The position numbers were made by a program, and so were the translations under genes. A stretch of DNA of 64,000 nucleotides. Origin: an uncultured Acidobacteriota bacterium (GTDB taxonomy: Bacteria > Acidobacteriota > Vicinamibacteria > Fen-336). This document shows, piece after piece, positions 29,505 to 37,370 of this stretch. The notes below the pieces were generated by a model. It did not search any database. It was given only the letters and a program-made list of their open reading frames with translations, and was not told the origin of the DNA. The number at the start of each line of letters is the position of its first letter. Positions within the stretch are counted from its first letter, which is position 1. The DNA lies in assembly GCA_964574335.1 (NCBI GenBank), contig CAZNNH010000009.1:11634-75633 (forward strand). Direction: 5' to 3'.

Positions 29505-30737
29505 TCAGGACGGCGCCTGGCGGCTGGCGGGCCAAGGGTGGCTCATCAAGCGATGCACCACCGCCAGGCCCGATGCGATGACCACGCCCATGGCGCCCAC
29601 CCCGAACCAGAGCACGTCGGATCCCAGGCTCGAGTAGACGCGGGTGCCCAGGCCGGGGCCGACCGTCATCGCCACGGCGAAGGCCAGGCTGAACAGACCC
29701 TGGTAGCGTCCCTGGGAGGCCGGGTCAGCGCGATTGGCGGCGATGGTGCTGATGGTCGGCGAGACCAGCATCTCCCCGAGCGTCCAGACGACGACGGTGC
29801 CGGCGGCGTAGCCGAAGCCGCGGCCCAGGGGCATCAGCGCGAAGCCCCCGCAGAGGAACAGGGCTCCCACCGCTGCCAACAGCGCCTCGGGGTGGTTTCG
29901 CAGCCGGTGGATCAGCAGCATCTCCACGGCGACGATGAGCAGCGTGTTGATCGCCACCAGCGCGCCGATGCTGCTCTCGGGCAGGCCGTAGACCTCGTGC
30001 AGGTAGAGCGGGAAGGTGGACAGGAACTGAGAGAAGACCAGGGCCACGCCGAAGACCTGGACCAGGAAGAACAGGAAGGCGCGGTCCCGCCACGGGGAGC
30101 GCGCCGCGTCCGAGACCGGCGGCCGGCCGTGCCCGTGGGGCCCGGCGGTGGGGAAGACGCGGAAGACGATGACGGCGGCGGCCAAGCCGGTCAGGCCGTC
30201 GACCCAGAACAGGGAGCGGTAGCTCCACAGCGCCAGATAGCCGCCGGCAACCGGGCCGATGCTGATGCCGAGGTTGGCGGCGAGGCGGTTCAGCGCATAG
30301 CCGCGGGGGCGCAGCTCCGGCGGGCAGATCTGCGCGTAGGCCGTGGCGTTGGCGGGATGCAGCGCCTCGGATGCGGTCGCGGCCAGGAACATGAGCGCGG
30401 CGATGGCCGGAAGCGAGCGTGGGAAGGAGAGCAGAATGAGCAGCACGCCGCTCGCCGAGAGGCTCAGCTTCTGGATGGTGTAGGCGCCCAGCCGATCCGA
30501 GAGGCGGCCGCCGAAGTAGGTCCCGAGCAGCGAGCCGAGCCCGAACGCGCTCATCACCCAGCCCGCCTCGGGCACCGTGTAGCCGAGCTCCCGCGTCAGG
30601 TAGAGCGTCATGAAGAAGAGCACCATCATGCCCGAGCGGTTCACGAACACGGCGAGAGCCAGCAGCCAGGCGGCACGCGGTAGTCCGGCGTAGGCGTCGC
30701 GGTAGCTTCGGGCGAGGCGGCTGAGCATGGCCCCCAT
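29505..30737 (-). CDS. MFS transporter (12 TM)
   Basis: Hydrophobic 12-helix pattern, MFS motif GRLSDRLG between TM2-3, second-half repeat. Confidence 0.8.
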   Translation of the reverse strand: MGAMLSRLARSYRDAYAGLPRAAWLLALAVFVNRSGMMVLFFMTLYLTRELGYTVPEAGWVMSAFGLGSLLGTYFGGRLSDRLGAYTIQKLSLSASGVLLILLSFPRSLPAIAALMFLAATASEALHPANATAYAQICPPELRPRGYALNRLAANLGISIGPVAGGYLALWSYRSLFWVDGLTGLAAAVIVFRVFPTAGPHGHGRPPVSDAARSPWRDRAFLFFLVQVFGVALVFSQFLSTFPLYLHEVYGLPESSIGALVAINTLLIVAVEMLLIHRLRNHPEALLAAVGALFLCGGFALMPLGRGFGYAAGTVVVWTLGEMLVSPTISTIAANRADPASQGRYQGLFSLAFAVAMTVGPGLGTRVYSSLGSDVLWFGVGAMGVVIASGLAVVHRLMSHPWPASRQAPS

Positions 30738-30981
30738 TGAGCGCCGCGCGGGTGCGGCGGCCGGCTGGATTCTACGCGAGGAAGACTCTCGGCCAGGCGA
30801 TACCGGCGATGGCGTCCGCCGCCGCCGATCCGGAATCCGGCCGATTCTCTTCGAGTATCATGATCCGAGACGGTCCGTGCCAGGGAGGTTGTGGATGAGC
30901 CGAGCATGGAGCTGGGGAGCAGCTCTCGCACACTGGACGGCAGCGCGTAGCCGACGCCGAGTAGCCTGACGAGAGCCGCCG

Positions 30982-31455
30982 ATGATCGGCCGCCGAGCCC
31001 GCCACGACCTGCTCGTGGTCGGCGTCGGAAGCTCGCTGCGTGGTGACGACCGGGTCGGCCTCGAGCTGGTCCGTCGGGTTCGCGAGCGCTTCGGCGCCGG
31101 CCTCGTTTGCCTGGAGCTCAACGAGCCCGACGTCTCGCTGGCCGAGCGCCTGGCCGGCTTCGAGGAGCTGTTGGTGGTCGACGCCGCCGTCGGGCAGGGC
31201 GACCAGCCGTACACGTTGGTCGACCTCCCGGCCAGCGACCGGCTGGTTCCGTCCGGCGGGCTCAGCTCGCACGTCTTCGACTGGGGGGTGATCCTGGCGC
31301 TCTCCCACCGGCTCTACGGAGGACACGCGCGGGGCCGGCTGCTCGGGGTCAGCGCGTCCTGCTTCGAGCTCTCGGAAGCGCTGTCCGAGCCGTGCGCCCG
31401 CAACGCCGAGCGGGCCTTCCTGTTCCTCATCGACTATTGCTCCCGGCCGGCGTGA
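30982..31455 (+). CDS. Hydrogenase maturation protease family (HyaD/HybD-like) protein, orphan
   Basis: LLVVGVGSSLRGDDRVGLELV matches the conserved (I/L)LV(L/V)GVGNxLxxDDGxG motif; LLVVDAAV and SHVFDWGVILALSHRL align to HybD; no hydrogenase structural genes in window. Confidence 0.6.
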   Translation: MIGRRARHDLLVVGVGSSLRGDDRVGLELVRRVRERFGAGLVCLELNEPDVSLAERLAGFEELLVVDAAVGQGDQPYTLVDLPASDRLVPSGGLSSHVFDWGVILALSHRLYGGHARGRLLGVSASCFELSEALSEPCARNAERAFLFLIDYCSRPA

Positions 31456-31487
31456 GCCGGGGCGACGGCGCGCTATAATCCCCGCGC

Positions 31488-32639
31488 ATGTCCACTCGCA
31501 CCGAGATCGCCCACTCCACCGCGGTCGCCGTCCGGGCAGCCGCCGGCTCGCTCGCCGACTGCCGCTGCCTGATCGGGTTCGACGGCTTCGTCGACAGCAT
31601 CATCGACGTCGTCGACGAGCGCCACAGCCCCGATCGCTACGACCGCATGAAGACCATCGACCAGCTCGGCCGGAAGCTGGTCGCGGCTGCCGGCCAGAGC
31701 TCCAACTACGAGCTGGTGACGCGTCTGCAGAAGCTGGGCGGCAACGGTCCGATCATGTCCAACGCGCTGGCCACGGCCGGCCTGCCGGTCACCTACGTGG
31801 GGGCGCTTGGGTTTCCGACCATCCACCGGGCCTTCGAGGCCTTCTCCCAGCGAGCCGAGTGCGTCTCGTTCTGCGAGCCGGGGCTGACCGACGCGCTCGA
31901 GTTCGACGACGGCAAGATCATGCTCGGCAAGCACGAGACGCTGGCCGGGGTCAGCGCCGAGCGGCTCCAGGAGCTGGTGGGCACCGAGAGGCTCCGGCAG
32001 ATCGTCGGTGGCAGTCGGCTGCTGGGGATGGTCAACTGGACCATGCTGACGCGGATGGACGGCATCTGGGACTACCTGATGCGGGAGGTGCTACCGGGAC
32101 TGGAGCAGCCGCGGGGCGGACGGCGCGTGGTCTTCGTGGATCTTGCGGACCCGGAGAAGCGGACCCGGGACGACCTGCGTCGCGCCCTCGCCACCTGCGC
32201 CCGCTTCCAGGAGCAAGCGGACGTGATCCTCGGCTACAACCTGAAGGAGGCGCTGCAGGTGACCGACGCCCTCGGCCTGGCTCGGCCCGAGCGGCCGGAA
32301 GCCGGGATCGAGGCGCTCTCCCGCGAGCTGCGGGGCCGGCTCGACGTTCACACGGTGGTGGTCCACCCGCGAAGCGGGGCGGCGGCCAGCGCCCGCAAGG
32401 GTGAGGCGGTCGAGACCGCGGCGTTCGCCGGACCGCTGGTGCGGCACCCGAAGCTCTCGACGGGGGCCGGCGACAACTTCAACGCCGGCTTCTGCATCGG
32501 CCACCTCGCCGGCCTCTCCCTGGAGCAGAGCCTGTGCCTGGGTACCGCCGCAAGCGGCTACTACGTCAGGGCCGCGCACAGCGGGAGCCTGCAGGAGCTG
32601 GCCTCGTTCTGCGAGGAGCTGCCGGAACCCGAGGCGTAG
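31488..32639 (+). CDS. PfkB-family carbohydrate/ribokinase-like kinase
   Basis: LGGNGPIMSNALATAG (ribokinase N-terminal Gly motif) and C-terminal TGAGDNFNAGF (GAGD anion-hole motif). Confidence 0.55.
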   Translation: MSTRTEIAHSTAVAVRAAAGSLADCRCLIGFDGFVDSIIDVVDERHSPDRYDRMKTIDQLGRKLVAAAGQSSNYELVTRLQKLGGNGPIMSNALATAGLPVTYVGALGFPTIHRAFEAFSQRAECVSFCEPGLTDALEFDDGKIMLGKHETLAGVSAERLQELVGTERLRQIVGGSRLLGMVNWTMLTRMDGIWDYLMREVLPGLEQPRGGRRVVFVDLADPEKRTRDDLRRALATCARFQEQADVILGYNLKEALQVTDALGLARPERPEAGIEALSRELRGRLDVHTVVVHPRSGAAASARKGEAVETAAFAGPLVRHPKLSTGAGDNFNAGFCIGHLAGLSLEQSLCLGTAASGYYVRAAHSGSLQELASFCEELPEPEA

Positions 32640-32877
32640 CGCCCCAGCCGCCAGGCGGCACCTGCCCGAAAAGTCAAAAGTCTAGACCTGACCCCTCAGG
32701 CCCTCGTCGCCTCGCCTCGGCAGATGGTGTCTGGGGGCGGCGGCTGGCGGGCAACGTGGTAACCTTCCCCAGCACGGCGACTCCAAGGAGGTCGCGCATG
32801 CCGAGAGCGCTCCCGAGTACGACCGGCTGGAGCCTGTTTCAGGAGCCCGTCGACCGTCCGGCGGGGGGAGAACGGGG

Positions 32878-33228
32878 ATGAGGTTCTTCTTCCACGAGAA
32901 AGACAAGGACGTGCTGGTGCTCGCCCTCGACGCGCAGATCAACGCCTACGGCGCCGACGACATGCTCGACGATCTCGACCGGTTCACCGAGGCCGGCGTG
33001 CGTCTCCTGATCGTCGACTGCAGCCAGCTCAGCTACATCACCAGCCAGGGGATCGGCCGGCTGTTCCGGGTCCACAAGCGGGTCTGGGAGAAGCAGGGCG
33101 AGGTCCGGCTGGCGGCCGTCGGCCGGGTGGTGGCGCGGATCCTCGAGATCACCCGGCTGAACGTGGTCTTCCAGGCCGACCCGACCCTCGACGAGGCGCT
33201 TCGCTCGCTGAAGGAGGGTGAGGGCTGA
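32878..33228 (+). CDS. STAS domain protein (anti-sigma factor antagonist-like)
   Basis: 116 aa; VLVLALDAQINAYGADDMLDDL...LLIVDCSQLSYITSQGIGRL...VRLAAVGRVVARILEITRL typical SpoIIAA/STAS layout. Confidence 0.65.
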   Translation: MRFFFHEKDKDVLVLALDAQINAYGADDMLDDLDRFTEAGVRLLIVDCSQLSYITSQGIGRLFRVHKRVWEKQGEVRLAAVGRVVARILEITRLNVVFQADPTLDEALRSLKEGEG

Positions 33229-33275
33229 GCGGGGGACGTGAGAGTGACCGTCTCGGCCACGGGACGTCGCTCTGG

Positions 33276-33767
33276 TTGGCCCCCGAGCCCCCGTGGCGGG
33301 AGCGCTTCGCGCGGACCATCCGCGATCTGGCCGGGCGGCTCGGTACGGACCCTTTCGAGCCCCACGTGACGCTGCTGCCCGGCCTACCCGGCGAACCGGG
33401 GCGGCTCTCGGAGACGGCCAAACGGCTGGCCGCCGAGCTCGGTCCCGTCGACCTGGTCTTCCGCGGGGTGCGGCACCAGCCTCGGTTCTTTCGCTGCATC
33501 TACCTGGAAGCCGAAAAGGGAAAGGCGCTGGTGGCCGCGCACCGGCGCGCGGCCGAGCTCTTCGACCGGGCGGCGGACCGGTCGTTTCTGCCCCACCTCA
33601 GCCTGGTCTACGCCCACCTCGGACCGGAGGTGGCGGCCCGCCTCTGCGCCGAGCTCGGCTCCGAGCACCCGGCCTGCCGCGCCACCGCCCTGGAGGTGGT
33701 CCACACCGAGGGGCCCCCGCAGGAGTGGCGGGTGGTGGCGTCCCATCGGCTGAGCCTCCCGTCGTAG
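33276..33767 (+). CDS. 2H phosphoesterase superfamily (LigT/2'-5' RNA ligase-like) protein
   Basis: Two H-x-(T/S)-x motifs (HVTLL and HLSLVY) separated by ~85 aa; TTG start (alternative GTG 33240). Confidence 0.55.
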   Translation: MAPEPPWRERFARTIRDLAGRLGTDPFEPHVTLLPGLPGEPGRLSETAKRLAAELGPVDLVFRGVRHQPRFFRCIYLEAEKGKALVAAHRRAAELFDRAADRSFLPHLSLVYAHLGPEVAARLCAELGSEHPACRATALEVVHTEGPPQEWRVVASHRLSLPS

Positions 33768-33879
33768 CGCGAGCGTTCCCATCGCCAGACGGTCGCCGAT
33801 CCCGCGTCGCCCCGCGACACCACGGCCTGCGGGCCGGTAGAATGAGTACTTCGCGTCTTTGGTCTTCCAGGGAGAGAGC

Positions 33880-35508
33880 ATGGCGAAGCTGGAGCTGGGT
33901 CGTCTGTCGGGGTACACGCCGTATCCCGGTCCGTTGGTGACGGTGATCCTCGACGGGGTGGGGATCGGCAAGCAGGACGAATCGGACGGCGTCTTCACGG
34001 CACGCACGCCGGTGCTCGACGCGCTCTTCGGGGAGCCCCTCTACACCCGGCTGCGGGCCCATGGAACGGCGGTCGGCCTGCCCTCCGACGACGACATGGG
34101 CAACTCCGAGGTGGGCCACAACGCCCTGGGGGCGGGGCGGGTCTTCGCCCAGGGCGCCAAGCTGGTCAACCGGGCGATCGAGTCGGGACGGATCTTCGAG
34201 GGGGCGGCCTGGAAGGCCATCGGCGAGCGGCTGCAGAGCGGTGGGACCCTCCACCTGATCGGCCTGGTCTCGGACGGGAACGTCCACAGCCACATCGACC
34301 AGCTCTACGCCCTCGTCGACCGCGCCGCCCGGGACGGCGCGAAACGCCTACGGGTTCATTGCCTGCTGGACGGGCGCGACGTCGGCGAGAGGAGCGCCCT
34401 GCAGTACGTCGAGCCGCTCGAGAAGCGGCTGGCCGAGCTGTCGCAATCGGGACGGGACTTCCGGGTCGCCTCGGGCGGCGGACGTATGGTGACCACCATG
34501 GACCGCTACAACGCCAACTGGGCGGTGGTCGAGAAGGGGTGGCAGGCGCACGTGCTGGGCGAGGGTCGCGGGTTCGCCTCCGCCGCCGAGGCGGTGCGCA
34601 CCTACTACGCCGAGGACCCGAAGATGACCGACCAGTACATGGACTCGTTCGTGGTCACGGAGGGGGGGCGGCCGGTCGGCACCATCGAGGACGGTGACGC
34701 GGTGGTCTTCTTCAATTTCCGCGGCGACCGGGCCATCGAGATCTCGCTCGCCTTCACCGAGGTGGACTTCAAGGCCTTCGACCGTAAGCGGGTCCCCGAC
34801 GTCTTCTACGCCGGGATGATGGAGTACGACGGCGACGCCAAGATCCCCCCCAACTACCTGGTGGAGCCGCCCGCCATCGACCGGACCCTCGGCCAGTACC
34901 TGTGCGCCGCCGGGGTGACCTCCTTCGCCACCTCCGAGACCCAGAAGTACGGTCACGTCACCTACTTCTGGAACGGCAACAACTCCGGCTACATCGACCA
35001 GAAGCTGGAGCGGTACCTCGAGGTGCCGTCCGACGTGGTGCCCTTCGACCAGCGCCCCTGGATGAAGGCGGCCGAGATTAGCGACGCGGTCAGCGCCGAG
35101 GTCCGGAAGGGCGAGCGGAAGTTCATCCGCCTCAATTTCGCCAACGGCGACATGGTCGGCCACACCGGCATCGTCGACTCGGTGCTGATCGCGATGGCCG
35201 CGGTCGACCTGAGCCTGGGCCGCCTGCTGCCGGAGATCGAGAAGGCGCGGGGAGTGCTGATGGTGACCGCCGACCACGGCAACGCGGACCAGATGTTCAC
35301 CGAGAAGAAGGGCGTCCGCACCCCGATGGTGGCCCACACCTTGAACCCGGTCCCCTTCCTGGTCAAGGACTACTCGGGGGCGAACCCCTGGAAGATGGCG
35401 GGGGTCGAGGGGCCAGGGCTCAGCAACGTGGCCGCGACCATCTGCACCCTGCTCGGATTCGACCCTCCCGGGGACTACGACCGGGCCCTGATCCGATTGG
35501 GGACATGA
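33880..35508 (+). CDS. gpmI: 2,3-bisphosphoglycerate-independent phosphoglycerate mutase
   Basis: TVILDGVGIG, MGNSEVGHNALGAGRV, VTADHGN motifs of iPGM; ATG 33880 with GGGAGAG RBS (ORF extends to TTG 33859). Confidence 0.9.
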   Translation: MAKLELGRLSGYTPYPGPLVTVILDGVGIGKQDESDGVFTARTPVLDALFGEPLYTRLRAHGTAVGLPSDDDMGNSEVGHNALGAGRVFAQGAKLVNRAIESGRIFEGAAWKAIGERLQSGGTLHLIGLVSDGNVHSHIDQLYALVDRAARDGAKRLRVHCLLDGRDVGERSALQYVEPLEKRLAELSQSGRDFRVASGGGRMVTTMDRYNANWAVVEKGWQAHVLGEGRGFASAAEAVRTYYAEDPKMTDQYMDSFVVTEGGRPVGTIEDGDAVVFFNFRGDRAIEISLAFTEVDFKAFDRKRVPDVFYAGMMEYDGDAKIPPNYLVEPPAIDRTLGQYLCAAGVTSFATSETQKYGHVTYFWNGNNSGYIDQKLERYLEVPSDVVPFDQRPWMKAAEISDAVSAEVRKGERKFIRLNFANGDMVGHTGIVDSVLIAMAAVDLSLGRLLPEIEKARGVLMVTADHGNADQMFTEKKGVRTPMVAHTLNPVPFLVKDYSGANPWKMAGVEGPGLSNVAATICTLLGFDPPGDYDRALIRLGT

Positions 35509-35526
35509 CCGGGTTTCCCCCGCCCG

Positions 35527-36927
35527 CTAGGAGAGCGCGCCGATCCGCCGGACTGCGTCGGCCACCGTGATGTCTGCGGTGACCGCGCTCGAGGCGGCCT
35601 CGGAGCGATCCATCACCTCCTGGACCAGCCGGGCCACCGGGTCCTGGGGAAGGGCCTCGTCGCTCGATGGCGGGCTGCGACGGAACTCGTCGATGACCTG
35701 CTTCAGGGAGATCAGCGCGGCGTCGCGGGCGAGGAAGTAGCGGTCGACGTGCTCGTCGCGACCCTGCGGCGTGTGCTCGGTCGGCCAGTGCCCGTTGTCG
35801 GGGACCGAGAGCAGCAGCCCCGCCTCGACCAGCCGGTTGAGCACCTCGTGGGTGGTCTCGAACGAGACCGGGCTCTGGGCCGCGATCTGCTCCGCGCTGG
35901 GCGGCGCCTCACCGCTCGAGTAGGCGCGCGCCACCTCGACCATGGCGCGGAGCGCCAGCATCTCGCGGACCACCGGGCCGTCCATCAGGCGGATCCTCTC
36001 CTCCTGCAGGGCCCGTGAGTACTGCAAGCCATAGGTCACCTTGCAGCAGAAGAGCACGATCTGCCAGCCGATCTGCAGCCAGAGCAGGAACAGCGGCAGG
36101 GTCCCCAGCGAGCCGTAGACCTGGCTGTAATCGATGAGCTGCCGGGAGGCCCAGATGAAGCCCAGCTTGCCCACCTCCCACAGCGAGCCGGCCACCAGGC
36201 CGCCTCCGAGGGCGGCGAACCAGCGTACCCGGGTGTTGGGAACCACCAGGTACAGGAGCGTCATGCCGATCCAACTGAAGATCCAGTGCGACTGCTGCAG
36301 CAGGACTTCGAGCAGGCCGCTGGCCTGGGGCAACGAGGCGCCGAGCCGCGCCAGCAGCGCCTGGGAGTTGGCCGGGGAGGTGATCGAGAAGGACAGGGCC
36401 GCCACCACCGGACCCACCGTGACGATCGCCCAGTAGATGGCGAAGCGCTGGAAGAAGGGGCGCACCTTCTCGACGTTCCACAGGTCGTTGAAGGTCTTCT
36501 CGATGTAGGTGAGCAGCGAGACCACGATGAAGAACAGCCCCACCACGCCGATGCCGCCGACGGCGCCGGTCTGCCGCCAGACGAAGGTCTTGATGCTCTC
36601 GTCGAGGGCCGAGGCGGCGCCCGGAGCCAGGTTCTCGAGGATCTTCTCCTGGAGCTGGCGCTGGGCGGCCTCGAGCCCGCCGAAGGCGTGGAAGAGCGAA
36701 AAGGCGACCGCCAGGAACGGGATCACTCCCAAGAGGGTCCGGAACGTCAGGGCGTGGGCCCGCATCGCCATCTGGTCCGACTCGTAGGACCGGACCGCGT
36801 TCTCCCAGGCGCGCACCCACACCAGGAAGTGGGCACGTAGCGCGGAGGTCTCCCGGCGGGGCAGCTCCCAGACGGTACGGACCCACCAGGTGGCGAAGCG
36901 GGCCGGCCAGCTCGTGATGTGCACCAC
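35527..36927 (-). CDS. YihY/virulence factor BrkB family inner-membrane protein with C-terminal cytoplasmic extension
   Basis: AHALTFRTLLGVIPFLAVAFSLF, YGSLGTLPLFLLWLQIGWQIVLF motifs typical of YihY; ~150-aa hydrophilic tail. Confidence 0.75.
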   Translation of the reverse strand: MVHITSWPARFATWWVRTVWELPRRETSALRAHFLVWVRAWENAVRSYESDQMAMRAHALTFRTLLGVIPFLAVAFSLFHAFGGLEAAQRQLQEKILENLAPGAASALDESIKTFVWRQTGAVGGIGVVGLFFIVVSLLTYIEKTFNDLWNVEKVRPFFQRFAIYWAIVTVGPVVAALSFSITSPANSQALLARLGASLPQASGLLEVLLQQSHWIFSWIGMTLLYLVVPNTRVRWFAALGGGLVAGSLWEVGKLGFIWASRQLIDYSQVYGSLGTLPLFLLWLQIGWQIVLFCCKVTYGLQYSRALQEERIRLMDGPVVREMLALRAMVEVARAYSSGEAPPSAEQIAAQSPVSFETTHEVLNRLVEAGLLLSVPDNGHWPTEHTPQGRDEHVDRYFLARDAALISLKQVIDEFRRSPPSSDEALPQDPVARLVQEVMDRSEAASSAVTADITVADAVRRIGALS

Positions 36928-37028
36928 GGGAGCCTACTCTAGCGCTTCTCGGACTGCTCGAGCAGCCGCGGGGCCGACCCCCCGGGCTCCGGGAGCGGGC
37001 GTTCTGCCCGTCGCTGACATGGCCTCGA

Positions 37029-37320
37029 ATGATAGGCCACAAGGTGGGCGGCGGGCCAGCGGTGCCGCTATCATGTGGCGTGCCCTACGTCTACATCCTG
37101 CGCTGCGGCGACGGCTCCCTGTACACGGGGGCCACCAAGGACCTGGCCGCCCGCCTGCGCCAGCACCAGGCCGGGCGGGCCTCGCGCTACACCCGTGCCC
37201 ATCAGCCGGTGACCCTGGTCTGGTCGCGCCGGCTTCGTACCTGGAGCCAGTCGCTGCGCGAGGAGCACCGCATCAAGCGGCTGCGTCGCGCCGGCAAGGA
37301 GGCCCTGGTCGCGTCCGGAG
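37029..37320 (+). CDS. GIY-YIG nuclease family (UPF0213/YhbQ-like) domain; no stop codon before downstream TonB-dependent receptor (approximate 3' boundary)
   Basis: VPYVYILRCGDGSLYTGATKDLAARLRQHQAG...HRIKRLRRAGKEALV matches YhbQ-like GIY-YIG proteins (~95 aa), but the frame reads through into the receptor ORF ending 39569. Confidence 0.5.
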
Positions 37321-37370
37321 CGGACGGCGGCGTCGGTCGGCGCGCCCCAGCTCGGCGTGACGGGGCCGGG

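Noticed and set aside
30982-31455. Possibility that a [NiFe]-hydrogenase operon is present nearby
   Set aside because: No large or small subunit-like ORFs (no RxCGxCxxxH or DPCxxCxxH motifs) within the window.
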